This document shows positions 1 to 11,932 of a DNA stretch of 64,000 nt, piece after piece. The notes beneath the pieces are model-generated. The model had not been told where the DNA came from and did no database searches. It saw nothing but the letters and a program-made list of their open reading frames with translations. Positions within the stretch are counted from its first letter, which is position 1; every line of letters begins with the position of its first letter. The translations under genes were made by a program, and so were the position numbers. Location of the stretch: assembly GCA_003569185.1 (NCBI GenBank), contig BGOJ01000001.1, forward strand, positions 64,557-128,556, read 5' to 3'. The stretch is from Candidatus Planktophila sp. (lineage in GTDB: Bacteria; Actinomycetota; Actinomycetes; Nanopelagicales; Nanopelagicaceae).

Positions 1-5
1 ACGAG

Positions 6-3000
6 TTGGCGCAGGAGTTAACCTCTCTTGAAGGTGAAAATCAAGTTGTTAACTTTCCAGCATGGGAAACTTTGCCGCACGAGCGACTTAGTCCTAAATC
101 TGACACTGTTACCGCCAGATTTAAAGCTTTAAATAATTTAAGAAATAAAGAAAGCAAATACATAGTTTGTTCAATTAGAGCCTTATTACAACCAATAATT
201 GCAAATGATTTAGAGAATTCTCAAATAAGAATCAAAAAAAGTGATTCAGTAAGAATGGCTGATCTAATCGAGCAATTATCTAAATTCGGTTATTTAAGAT
301 CTGACCTAGTTGAAAAGCGTGGAGATTTTGCAGTTAGAGGTGGAATCTTGGATCTGTTTCCACCAGATCAAGAACATCCAATTCGAATAGATTTTTTCGC
401 AGACGAAATTGATGAACTCACTTACTTTGCTATCTCAGACCAAAGATCGTTAGATCCCATTTCAAATGAAGTAGTTATCTACCCATGTCGGGAGTTAATA
501 ATTGATGAAGGTGTTAAAGCTCGTGCGAAAGCTTTAGGGGAGAAATTTCCACAGATAAATGATTTAGCTCAAAAGCTAAGTGAAGGAATAACTTTTGAAG
601 GAATGGAATCATTGGCGGCCGGTGTGGTTTCTGATTACAAATCTATTTTGGATTACCTGCCAACTGGCTGCCAGATTTGGTTAATTGATCAGCCAAGGAT
701 TAAAACCAGATCAGTTGATTTGATAAACACCAATCAAGAGTTTTTAGAGGCAGCTTGGTCTAATTTGGCATGGAGTGATCAGGCGGATCTGCAAGTTCCA
801 CTTGATTTGAGTGAAGAATTAGGCCGCGGTGGGTTTTATGAATTACCAGAGATTTATTCTCAAGCGAAAAAATCTAAATTCACAATTCGAAACTTAAATC
901 TTTATGCAGCAACGCCTGAAGATACTCCACTTGATTTTCTGGCAGAGATTGAAAACTATGGCAATAAATACGAGGTTGCTGTCGAAGAGATTGCTCAGTG
1001 GCACAAAGAGGGCTATCAGGTTGTATTCACAGCAGCTGCAAATGGAACTTTAAAACGGTTTTCTGAGTTACTAAACGCGGCAAGTATTTCGAATCAGATT
1101 CTCAAAAACAATCAATCCTTTCAAGATGGAGTTGTAAATCTAGTTCAAAGTGATTTAAAGCATGGCTTCATTAGTGATGAGTTTAAGTTTGTTGTAGTTA
1201 CTGATAAAGATATCTCAGGCCAACGATCATCTGATAAAGATCTTGCTCGAATGCCCTCACGCCGAAAGAAGTCTATTGATCCATTGCAATTAAAGGTTGG
1301 TGATTTTGTTGTTCACGAGCAACATGGAGTTGGTAAGTATTTAGAACTTATCAATCGAACAATCGCAGGAATTTCACGAGAGTATCTAGTAATTGAATAT
1401 GCCTCTTCAAAGCGGGGGCAACCAGCAGATAAATTATTTGTGCCCACCGATACCTTAGAACAGGTTACAAAATATGTTGGTGGTGAAGCACCAGCGCTGC
1501 ATCGAATTGGTGGTGCAGATTGGCAAAACAGTAAGCGAAAAGCGCGCAAAGCAGTTAAACAGATTGCTGCTGAATTAATTCGACTATACGCGGCAAGAAT
1601 GAGTGCGCCAGGTTTTGCATTCTCACCCGATACCCCTTGGCAAAAAGAGCTCGAGGATAGTTTTGCATTTGTTGAAACCATAGATCAACAAGCAACTATT
1701 GATGAAGTAAAGCGGGATATGGAAAAGCCAAACCCGATGGATCGAATCGTTTGTGGCGATGTTGGCTATGGCAAAACTGAAATTGCTGTACGGGCTGCAT
1801 TTAAAGCTGTGCAAGATGGCAAACAAGTAGCAATTTTGGTACCCACAACATTACTTGTGCAGCAGCATTTCAATACCTTCTCCACTCGCTACGCTGGTTT
1901 CCCAGTAAAGCTAGCTGCATTATCAAGATTTAACACAGCAGCACAGAGTAAAGAGGTAATCGCAGGACTTAAATCAGGAGCTGTTGATGTAGTTATTGGC
2001 ACGCACAGATTACTGTCAAAAGATGTTGAGTTTGCAAATCTTGGATTACTTGTTGTTGATGAGGAGCAGCGCTTTGGCGTTGAGCATAAAGAAGAGTTGA
2101 AAAAGCAAGAACTAATGTGGATGTTTTAGCTATGTCTGCCACACCAATTCCAAGAACTCTAGAGATGGCTATTACTGGCATAAGAGAGATGTCCAATATA
2201 ACTACGCCACCGGAGGAGCGTCATCCAGTTTTAACTTATGTTGGCCCATACGATGAAAAGCAGGTAAGTGCAGCAATAAACCGAGAGCTATTGCGTGATG
2301 GACAAATATTTTTCATTCATAATCGAGTTGAAAGTATTGAAGCTGTAGCGGAGCGAATAAAGAAATTAGTCCCAGGAATTAGAATTGGCATTGCACATGG
2401 GCAGATGAATGAGCGAGTTTTAGAAGAGGTAATTTTAGCTTTTTGGAATAGAGAGTTTGATTTGCTCTTATGCACAACCATAATTGAAAGCGGAATCGAT
2501 ATTCCAAATGCGAACACTTTAATTGTTGATCGTTCAGATCTTTTTGGTTTATCTCAACTTCATCAACTTAGAGGCCGGGTTGGAAGAAGTAGAGAGCGAG
2601 CGTATGCATACTTCTTATATCCAACAGAGCAACCAATAACTGAGTTGGCACATGATCGCTTGACCACGATTGCGACAAATACAGATTTAGGTGCTGGAAT
2701 GCAGGTTGCGTTAAAGGATTTAGAGATTAGAGGAGCCGGAAATTTACTAGGTGGTGAACAGTCAGGTCATATTGCTGAAGTTGGTTTTGATTTGTATATG
2801 CGAATGGTTGCAGATGCTGTAGATGAATTTAAGACCGGATACTTTGATGAGAAACCTAAAAACAATGAATGCAAGGTTGAGTTACCTGTTAATGCGCATC
2901 TACCAATTGAATACATAGAGTCAGAAAGATTAAGACTTGATCTTTATCGTCGAATTGCAGATGCACAAAATGATGAAGCATTAGCTGAAATTAGTGGAGA

Positions 3001-3343
3001 GCTAGTAGACCGATTTGGTCCAATCCCTGACGCAGCGTTGGAATTAATGGCGGTTGCTTCACTACGTTTATTTGCTAAGAGCTTAGGTTTAACCGATGTT
3101 GCAATATCTGGAAAGAATCTTCGACTGACGCCAGTTGTTTTGCCAGAGTCAGCACAAATAAAACTATCTAGAATTTACCCAGGATCTATCTATAAAAATG
3201 CGACTCAAATCCTGCTGGTTGCAAGGCCTACTACCCCCAATTGGATAGAAAGTGCATCGGTAGGGGATACTTCTACCCTTACCTGGGTTAATTCAGTATT
3301 ACGAGAACTGATTGAACCAATAAAACTTCGAAGTGGTAGTTAA
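6..3343 (+). CDS. mfd: Transcription-repair coupling factor Mfd (5' end outside window; split by a 1-nt frameshift at ~2100-2105)
   Basis: ORF 6-2129 has the RID/CarD-like region, CGDVGYGKT and DEEQRFGV; ORF 2117-3343 continues with [18 protein letters not shown] and the TRG/TRCF regions. One added A restores ...[17 protein letters not shown]. Confidence 0.93.
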
Positions 3344-3349
3344 GAGAGA

Positions 3350-3961
3350 ATGAGGATGAAATTGTTTAAGAAATTGATCTCACCATTGTTAGTGGCACTT
3401 CTACTTGCTGGCTGTTCAAGCATGAGCAGCGGAGTAAAAGTTGGAGATCAAGAGTTCACCTCAACTGAGATTCAAAAGACGGTTGATGAAATATTGGCAT
3501 CGCGTAAAAATGTTGATACATCTGGAATGGATTTAGTTGTTGGTCCAGAACTACTCCGCGATCAAGCACAATTTTTCATCGTAAGAGTTTTAATGGACAA
3601 AATTGCAAAAGATATGTTTGTAACTGTAACTCCAGCTGATGTTGCAGCACGTAAAGCAGATGTTATAAAAAGACTAGGAAGTGAAAGTGACCTACCTGCA
3701 GCACTTGTCGGCGCTAACTTAGCAACCTCTAATTTTGAATCTTATTTACGTGTTTTAATTATCTCTGAACGACTTCATGAGAACTTCGTTAAATCTGGAG
3801 TATCAGAGAGTGATGCACCAAAATTTGTGGAGCAACTTGTAATTGAAACTGCGAGCAAATTGGGAATCAAAGTAAATTCTAAGTACGGTAAATGGAATGC
3901 TGATAATGCATCAATTCAAGCAAGTGATGCAACTGATGGCGCAGTAACTGAACAACCTTAA
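3350..3961 (+). CDS. SurA N-terminal-domain-like lipoprotein
   Basis: Lipobox LLLAGC; usual actinobacterial position between mfd and mazG. Confidence 0.65.
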   Translation: MRMKLFKKLISPLLVALLLAGCSSMSSGVKVGDQEFTSTEIQKTVDEILASRKNVDTSGMDLVVGPELLRDQAQFFIVRVLMDKIAKDMFVTVTPADVAARKADVIKRLGSESDLPAALVGANLATSNFESYLRVLIISERLHENFVKSGVSESDAPKFVEQLVIETASKLGIKVNSKYGKWNADNASIQASDATDGAVTEQP

Positions 3962-3968
3962 GTAAATT

Positions 3969-4613
3969 ATGAGTTCTGAACTCATCCGATTACGCGAGGT
4001 AATGGACAAACTACGCTCACCTGGTGGATGTCCATGGGATGCCGAGCAAGATCACGCCTCACTTCTAAAGTATTTATTGGAAGAGTCTTATGAGTTTATT
4101 GAATCAGTTGAAAATAATGATCGAGAAGCAATGCAAGAAGAGCTGGGCGATCTTTTACTACAGGTTTACTTTCACTCTCGAATGGCCGAAGAAGATGCCA
4201 AGCAACCTTTCAATATTGAAGATGTTGCTAAGTCGGTTGCAGATAAATTGATTAGAAGGCACCCTCATGTTTTTGCTGGTGAAGTAGTTGATTCAAGTGC
4301 AGATGTATTAGAGAACTGGGAGAAGCAAAAGGCGGCTGAAAAGGGGCGAACCTCTGCAATTGATGGCGTGCCACTTGCCCAACCAGCCCTGCCTTTGGCT
4401 ACTAAGGTTTTATATCGATTAAAAAAATTAAATTATGACCTCTCTGTTTCTGAGCCGATCAAACTCAAAGCTGATGTTGATCAGGATCAATTTGGCCAGA
4501 TACTTCTTGGTTTAATCACTCAAGCTGTTGATAAAGGGTTAGATCCTGAGGCTGCGTTACGTCAGGCAACAAAAGAGTTAATTGTTCAGATTCAAGAGCA
4601 TGAGACAAGGTAG
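3969..4613 (+). CDS. mazG: MazG-family nucleoside triphosphate pyrophosphohydrolase
   Basis: GCPWDAEQ, EESYE, EELGDLLLQV, KLIRRHPHVF motifs. Confidence 0.93.
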   Translation: MSSELIRLREVMDKLRSPGGCPWDAEQDHASLLKYLLEESYEFIESVENNDREAMQEELGDLLLQVYFHSRMAEEDAKQPFNIEDVAKSVADKLIRRHPHVFAGEVVDSSADVLENWEKQKAAEKGRTSAIDGVPLAQPALPLATKVLYRLKKLNYDLSVSEPIKLKADVDQDQFGQILLGLITQAVDKGLDPEAALRQATKELIVQIQEHETR

Positions 4614-4652
4614 AATTACTGTAGATAATTCAAATATCAAACAAACAGTTAG

Positions 4653-5939
<1,287 letters not shown>

Positions 5940-5944
5940 TTCAA

Positions 5945-6397
5945 ATGGCTCGGCGTAGATTTTTTGCAGCAGGGCTGGTGTCATCATCAAAGAAAAGTAT
6001 TCAATCTGGATTAAAAAAACGAGGATTATCTAATCGAGCATTAATTGTTGGAATTGTTCTCTTTGTTGTAGCTATTACCTTGGCGCCACCTATTCAACAT
6101 TACTTCACCCAACGTGCTCAGATAAATTCATTAAAAACTCAAATTTCAGATAACCAAGCGATGTTAGATAAAGCTGCTACCGAACTAGCCCAATGGGATG
6201 ACCCTGAGTATGTGGCAAGCCAAGCCAGAGCTAGATTGCATTTTGTTTTTCCAGGTGAGCGGCAATACATCGTTGTCGGCGATGATGAGATTACTGGAGA
6301 TGGTCAGCAGACAAAGATCTCTGGCCAACTTCCAGTTGGCCTACCTTGGTATTCAAGGTTAATTTCATCAATTACTAGTACCAATGTAAATAATTAA
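5945..6397 (+). CDS. ftsB: FtsB/DivIC septum formation initiator family protein
   Basis: TM helix, coiled coil, DPEYVASQARARLHFVFPGE; follows eno. Confidence 0.85.
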   Translation: MARRRFFAAGLVSSSKKSIQSGLKKRGLSNRALIVGIVLFVVAITLAPPIQHYFTQRAQINSLKTQISDNQAMLDKAATELAQWDDPEYVASQARARLHFVFPGERQYIVVGDDEITGDGQQTKISGQLPVGLPWYSRLISSITSTNVNN

Positions 6398-6398
6398 A

Positions 6399-6956
6399 AT
6401 GGTTAAGCCAACCGATCCATTTGTCTCAGAAAAACCAACAGATAAAGATTTAGAAACTGTCGCCGCCCAACTTGGCAGAGCGCCAAGAGATGTATCCGCC
6501 ATTGCACATCGCTGTGCCTGCGGGCAAGTAGATGTGGTTCAAACTCCACCACGATTAGCAGATGGCACACCATTTCCAACTTTTTATTATGCAACCTGTC
6601 CAAGACTTACGGGAGCGATCTCAACCTTAGAAAGCTCAGGAATGATGACGCAGATGAATGAGCGATTACAAACTGATCCACAACTTGCGGGTGAGTATTT
6701 AGCAGCACATATTGATTATGAAGCGGCTAGAACTGCTTTAGCTAAGCAAGAAAACCTTGAGGTGCCAGAAATTACTGGAGTTACCGCCGGTGGCATGCCA
6801 GATCGAGTGAAATGTCTGCACTCACTGGTGGCTCATTCATTGGCAGCTGGAGTTGGTGTTAATCCACTGGGGGATGAAGCACTTAGCGCATTACAACCTT
6901 GGTGGTTAAATAAACCTTGTTCAGAGATTAGTAATTTATTAGATGAGGTGGAGTAA
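6399..6956 (+). CDS. DUF501 family protein
   Basis: PRLADGTPFPT and GGMPDRVKCLH motifs; synteny. Confidence 0.9.
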   Translation: MVKPTDPFVSEKPTDKDLETVAAQLGRAPRDVSAIAHRCACGQVDVVQTPPRLADGTPFPTFYYATCPRLTGAISTLESSGMMTQMNERLQTDPQLAGEYLAAHIDYEAARTALAKQENLEVPEITGVTAGGMPDRVKCLHSLVAHSLAAGVGVNPLGDEALSALQPWWLNKPCSEISNLLDEVE

Positions 6957-7871
6957 TTGAGTCGAGTTGCAGCAATTGATTGTGGCACTAACTCAATTCG
7001 CCTTTTAATTGCCGATATAACCAATGGTAATTTTAAAGAGGTTGTGCGCCAGATGGAGATTGTCAGACTTGGCCAGGGAGTTGACCAGAATAAATCCTTT
7101 CACCCAGATGCAATCGCTAGAACTCTTAGCGCTGTTGAAAAATTCAGTGCACAAATAAGTAGTAAGGGTGTTGAGAAAGTTAGATTTTGTGCAACAAGTG
7201 CAACTCGGGATGCTACTAATCGCAGGATCTTTACCGATGGGGTTAAGGAAATCTTAGGTATTGAGGTTGAGGTAATTCCAGGTGAGGAAGAGGCTGAGTT
7301 ATCTTTTATTGGCGCAACCAAAGAGTTATCGCAAAATGAAGGACCATTTCTAGTAGTTGATATTGGCGGAGGATCTACTGAGTTTGTTTATGGTGGTGAA
7401 AAGGTAAGTGCGGCAAAGAGTGTAAATATTGGCTGCGTACGAATGAGTGAGCGCCACTTAAATACCCAGCCACCATCAATGGCACAGATCGCTCAAGCAA
7501 TTGTTGATATAGATATTGCAATTGCGGAGGCAGCTAAAGTGGTTCCAATCTCAGAGGCCACAAGCTTGATAGCAGTTGCAGGTACTGCGACCACAGTTGC
7601 TGCAGCTGCACTTAATTTAGAAAATTATGATCGATATTTAATTCACCTTGCTCGTATTCCTGCGCAATCAGTTCATAAAGTGGCTGGTATGTTTCAATCA
7701 ATGAGTAAGGAAGAAATCTCTGCCCTTGGTTATATGCACCCTGGCCGAGTGGATGTAATTACCGCAGGCGCCTTGGTTTTATCTAGAATCATGGCGGCAA
7801 CTGGGGCCAGTGAATTCATTGCATCTGAGTCAGATATTTTGGATGGAATTGCTTGGTCACTTACAAAGTAG
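6957..7871 (+). CDS. ppx: Ppx/GppA exopolyphosphatase (Ppx2-like), TTG start
   Basis: AIDCGTNSIRL, ATSATRDA, DIGGGSTE. Confidence 0.92.
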   Translation: MSRVAAIDCGTNSIRLLIADITNGNFKEVVRQMEIVRLGQGVDQNKSFHPDAIARTLSAVEKFSAQISSKGVEKVRFCATSATRDATNRRIFTDGVKEILGIEVEVIPGEEEAELSFIGATKELSQNEGPFLVVDIGGGSTEFVYGGEKVSAAKSVNIGCVRMSERHLNTQPPSMAQIAQAIVDIDIAIAEAAKVVPISEATSLIAVAGTATTVAAAALNLENYDRYLIHLARIPAQSVHKVAGMFQSMSKEEISALGYMHPGRVDVITAGALVLSRIMAATGASEFIASESDILDGIAWSLTK

Positions 7872-7932
7872 GCGAAGATTTGGCTGGATTTGGCGGTTAA
7901 AAAAGACGGGTAGATTTACCCTCTGAAGATTC

Positions 7933-8005
7933 GCCCCTGTAGCCCAATGGCAGAGGCATGCGACTTAAAATCGCACAAGTGTGGGTTCGACCCCCACCGG
8001 GGGCA
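7933..8005 (+). tRNA. tRNA-Leu(TAA), short variable arm, CCA not encoded
   Basis: Acceptor GCCCCTG/CGGGGGC, anticodon stem TGCGA-CTTAAAA-TCGCA, T-arm GTGGG-TTCGACC-CCCAC. Confidence 0.93.
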
Positions 8006-8068
8006 CGCTCAATTACCGCGAATCTTCAGCAAAGATTAAGTCAGATTTAGCCCAAAGCGATGGCTTAG

Positions 8069-8094
8069 GGAATTGCTAATCATTAATATTTGTT
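8069..8094 (+). promoter_or_regulatory. SigR/SigH-type ECF promoter
   Basis: GGAAT (8069-73), exactly 18 nt, GTT (8092-94) upstream of the BI-1/YccA gene. Confidence 0.65.
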
Positions 8095-8151
8095 CACTAC
8101 CTAAGTGGCTAATAAACATAACCCATTAGTTACTTCTATAGAAGGAGAAGA

Positions 8152-8922
8152 ATGAAAAGCTCAAACCCTGTACTTGGAAAGGCATTTAATCAACCGACAA
8201 CTATGCGGGTTGATCAACTAGAGCAAAGTTATAACGCTCCAGCCGCCTCATCAATGCGAACAGGTCGCATGACAATTGAAGATGTCGTTGCGAAAACTGG
8301 ATTTTTATTTGCGATTTTAGTTGTTGTTGGTGCGCTCGCTTGGAGTGCAAACTTAGGAATGGGCGCAGTTTTGCTCGGCTTCCTTGGCGGATTTGTGTTA
8401 GCAATGGTTATTAGCTTTAGTAAAAATATTAAGCCTGGACTTGTAATTGCATATGCCGGCCTAGAAGGTTTAGCACTTGGCACTCTAAGTAGTTACTACG
8501 AATCTTTCTACCCAGGAATTGTTAGCCAAGCGGTAATTGGAACAGTTGCAGCATTTGCTGGTGTATTAGTTATGTACCGCAATGGAACATTAAGAGCGAC
8601 GCCACAATTTACTCGTGCAGTAATCGGTGCCGCAATTGGTTACTTCATTCTTGGACTTGCCTCACTTATTGCATCATTCTTTGGCGTAGGCCAAGGTTAT
8701 GGTTTCTATGGGGTATCTGGTCTTGGCTTACTATTAGCAGTTGCAGGTGTTGGTCTTGCAAGCCTTTTCTTAGTTCTAGATTTTGATCAAATTGAAAAGG
8801 GTGTTGCAGCTGGAGTGCCTGAGAAAGAATCATGGCGAGCATCTTTTGGCTTAATGGTCACCGTAGTGTGGCTATACCTTGAGGTTCTGCGTTTGATTTC
8901 AATTCTTCGCAACGACCGCTAA
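8152..8922 (+). CDS. Bax inhibitor-1/YccA family membrane protein
   Basis: MKSSNPVL start, ~7 TM, C-terminal WLYLEVLRL; SD GAAGGAG. Confidence 0.88.
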   Translation: MKSSNPVLGKAFNQPTTMRVDQLEQSYNAPAASSMRTGRMTIEDVVAKTGFLFAILVVVGALAWSANLGMGAVLLGFLGGFVLAMVISFSKNIKPGLVIAYAGLEGLALGTLSSYYESFYPGIVSQAVIGTVAAFAGVLVMYRNGTLRATPQFTRAVIGAAIGYFILGLASLIASFFGVGQGYGFYGVSGLGLLLAVAGVGLASLFLVLDFDQIEKGVAAGVPEKESWRASFGLMVTVVWLYLEVLRLISILRNDR

Positions 8923-8954
8923 AAACATAATTACCCAACAGGGGCTGTGAGAGA

Positions 8955-10199
8955 TCACAGCTCCTGTTTATTTTTATCTGGAATTAAATCATTTTCTAAA
9001 TGGGACAACCTAGTCTCAGGCAAAATTGTTGCCAGCACCATTGCAATCATCCAAATTCCAGCAGATACTAAGAAAGCTACTTGATAACTAAAAATATCGG
9101 TTAATAAACCAACTATTACTGGACCAAAAATCATGCCAGCATCTCCGGCCATCTGCCATGCCGCAATCACTTGCCCGCCACGACCTTTAATAATGTCGCC
9201 AACAACACTGCCCGGCGCAGTTCCAACAAATGCCCCACCCAATCCAAATAGCGCCATTGAGATGAAATAGAGCGCGGTATTGGTGGTAAATGCCAACATC
9301 AATATTCCAAACAATACAAATGCGCTACCAAATAAGAATGCAGCCTTTCTTCCTTTGGTGTCAGAGTATTTTCCTGCGCGCAACATAAATACACCTTGCA
9401 CAAGCGCTCCAATAGTTAAGCCAAGACCTGCAATTGCTGCTGTGGAATTTAATTTTTCAGTAACAAATAAAGGCAAAATTGAAGATCTTAATCCAAACAA
9501 TATCCAGTTATTTATAAAGGCAAGCATTAATGCAACCTGGTATGGGCGTAATTTAAATGCTTGGCTTAAGGTTGTTTGCCCAATCTGGGTTGTTGGCGCA
9601 TCAACCTTTTTACCCAATCGCTTCTCACTTAAAAAAACTAATGCGATAGTTCCTGCAATTGCCAAAGTAGTGGAGTAAACAAAAAATGGTGCACGAAGTG
9701 AAATAGCCGAAAGAACTCCACCAAAAGCTGGTCCGGTAATTCCACCTAGTAAAAATCCACCGTTATATAGTGATTGAGCACGGGCTCGAACATCATCGCT
9801 CACAGAGCGCATAAGTAAAGAACCAGCTGAAACTGAGAACATGGACGAGCCAAGACCACCTAAAGATCTAAAAGTTAGTAATTGTCCATAGCTTTGCGAG
9901 AGTGCAGTTAGTAATGTGAAAAATGAAACCATAAACAAGCCAAAGCCAAGAACTGCTCGCTCACCAAATCGGTCAACCAATTTGCCTGAGATTAAGCCAG
10001 AGGAAAAGCGCATAATTGCAAAGCTTGAGATGATTAATCCAATTGCAGTTTTGTTAACCCCAAATGATGATGCAAAGATTGGAATTGCTGGAATTATTAA
10101 CCCAAAACCAACGGCAACAAAAAAAGAAACTGCCGAAAGAATAGAAACCTCTCGCGGCAGTTGCGCGAAAGGGTTTCTACCTAAGGTTTTGATTTTTAT
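8955..10199 (-). CDS. MFS transporter (probable non-canonical ATA start at 10199)
   Basis: Frame is open for 62 codons upstream of the ATG at 10013 and encodes LPREVSILSAVSFFVAVGFGLIIP (TM1); GKLVDRFGER motif A. Confidence 0.8.
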   Translation of the reverse strand: MKIKTLGRNPFAQLPREVSILSAVSFFVAVGFGLIIPAIPIFASSFGVNKTAIGLIISSFAIMRFSSGLISGKLVDRFGERAVLGFGLFMVSFFTLLTALSQSYGQLLTFRSLGGLGSSMFSVSAGSLLMRSVSDDVRARAQSLYNGGFLLGGITGPAFGGVLSAISLRAPFFVYSTTLAIAGTIALVFLSEKRLGKKVDAPTTQIGQTTLSQAFKLRPYQVALMLAFINNWILFGLRSSILPLFVTEKLNSTAAIAGLGLTIGALVQGVFMLRAGKYSDTKGRKAAFLFGSAFVLFGILMLAFTTNTALYFISMALFGLGGAFVGTAPGSVVGDIIKGRGGQVIAAWQMAGDAGMIFGPVIVGLLTDIFSYQVAFLVSAGIWMIAMVLATILPETRLSHLENDLIPDKNKQEL

Positions 10200-11834
10200 T
10201 TAACCTACCGCCTCGCCAGCTGCTTCAGATTTTGCCGCATGATGAGCTGAACTGCTTTGCAATGGTTTTTCTTTCAAGAAGAATGCAAGTGCAAATCCCA
10301 GGAAGGTAACTGGGGCTGCTGCCAAAAAGACCACCTGAAAAGTTTGAGCAAAGCTATGCAAAACAGTGTCTCTAATTACTGGAGGCAGAGTAGTGATAAT
10401 TGAAGTATTTGTAGTTATTAAATCTAGATTGGAAGAATCAAAGTCAGATAATGATGCTGGATCACTGCTTTGTAATTTTGCAAAATTATCTTGCAAAAAG
10501 TAAGCGATACGATTACTCAAGATAGTTCCAAATATTGCCGTTCCAAAGGCACCACCTAGAGATCTAAAGAAAGTATTGGATGAAGTGGCAATACCCATAT
10601 CTTGAAAATCAACAGCATTTTGCAGTGCGATCACAATTGTCTGCATTGATAAACCAAGGCCAGCTCCAACTAAGACTGCATAGATTGAAAGTAGCGCAAA
10701 TGAAGTGTCTTCATTTAAAGTGGACATAAGTATCAAACCAATTGTCATAATTGCAGTTCCAAGTATTGGGAAGATCTTGTATTTACCGGTAGTTGAGATT
10801 TTTTTACCACTAAATATTGACATTGAAACAATTCCAATCATAAGTGGAATTAACTTTAATCCCGCTTCAGTTGCTGAATTTCCTTTAACAACTTGTAGAT
10901 ATAGTGGCAACATAACGATGGCGCCAAACATTCCGGCACCAATAATGAAGCCAAGTGCTGAGGTTAAAGAAAATGTGTGATTCTTAAATAATCTAAGTGG
11001 CAAAATAGGTTCTACTGCTCTTTTTTCCTGCCATAAAAACGCCATGGTTAGTATTAATCCAGTAGAAATCACCATTAGCGTTCTTGAATCAGTCCAACCA
11101 TTCTCTGGTCCATAAACTGAAACAGCCAGCAATACAGAGCTAACCGCTAATACCAATAACAATGCACCAAGGTAATCAATCTTGTGTTCACGTTTTACCT
11201 TTGGAATATGTAGTACAGCTGAGGTAATAATTAATGCCAATATGCCAAATGGTAGGTTGATGTAGAAAATCCAGCGCCAACCAGTGATACCTAAAATTGT
11301 GGCATGGTCGGAAAAGAATCCACCAAGTAATGGACCAGCAACTGAGGAGAGACCCCAAACAGCGCCAAAATACCCCTGATACTTACCGCGCTCACGAGGC
11401 GAGACGATGTCGCCAATGATTACGAAAGTTAACGCCATCAAACCACCAGCACCTAAACCTTGCAGGGCGCGAGTAAAAATTAACTGAGTCATGTTTTGAG
11501 AGGCACCAGCTAAAAATGATCCGATTAAGAAAGTAATAATTGCAAACTGAAATACTGGCCGACGGCCATAAAGATCTGAGATTTTTCCATAAAGTGGTGT
11601 AGATGCGGTTGAAGTTAAAAGGTAAGCAGTAACCACCCAGGTGTAGTGATTAAGTCCGTTGAAATCTTCAACAATATTTTTTAATGCTGTTGAAACAATT
11701 GTTTGATCTAAGGCTGCCAGCAACATGCCAGTCATCAAACCGCTTAAAACAATTAAAATATCCTTATGGCTTAATGGGCCATCCTTGGGAGTATTTACTT
11801 TTCCAGATTTAAAGTTATTTTTTGCCATAGCCAT
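10200..11834 (-). CDS. DHA2 (EmrB/QacA-type) 14-TM MFS efflux pump
   Basis: [32 protein letters not shown] motifs. Confidence 0.92.
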   Translation of the reverse strand: MAMAKNNFKSGKVNTPKDGPLSHKDILIVLSGLMTGMLLAALDQTIVSTALKNIVEDFNGLNHYTWVVTAYLLTSTASTPLYGKISDLYGRRPVFQFAIITFLIGSFLAGASQNMTQLIFTRALQGLGAGGLMALTFVIIGDIVSPRERGKYQGYFGAVWGLSSVAGPLLGGFFSDHATILGITGWRWIFYINLPFGILALIITSAVLHIPKVKREHKIDYLGALLLVLAVSSVLLAVSVYGPENGWTDSRTLMVISTGLILTMAFLWQEKRAVEPILPLRLFKNHTFSLTSALGFIIGAGMFGAIVMLPLYLQVVKGNSATEAGLKLIPLMIGIVSMSIFSGKKISTTGKYKIFPILGTAIMTIGLILMSTLNEDTSFALLSIYAVLVGAGLGLSMQTIVIALQNAVDFQDMGIATSSNTFFRSLGGAFGTAIFGTILSNRIAYFLQDNFAKLQSSDPASLSDFDSSNLDLITTNTSIITTLPPVIRDTVLHSFAQTFQVVFLAAAPVTFLGFALAFFLKEKPLQSSSAHHAAKSEAAGEAVG

Positions 11835-11894
11835 CGTTATATATCCACCTTAAGTTGTCGGATTAAGCAGTATTCATGTGCACTTTGCCTAAGG

Positions 11895-11920
11895 GGAATA
11901 GGTTACTCCGATTCTTTGTT
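11895..11920 (+). promoter_or_regulatory. SigR/SigH-type ECF promoter overlapping a TAAGAT -10 element
   Basis: GGAAT (11895-99), 18 nt, GTT (11918-20); TAAGAT lies 7 nt before ATG 11933. Confidence 0.6.
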
Positions 11921-11932
11921 AAGATCTAACAT

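Noticed and set aside
7933-8005. bldA-like regulatory role for tRNA-Leu(TAA)
   Set aside because: TTA codons are abundant in housekeeping genes here, so it is an ordinary decoder. The short variable arm is also seen in other actinobacterial Leu(TAA) tRNAs.
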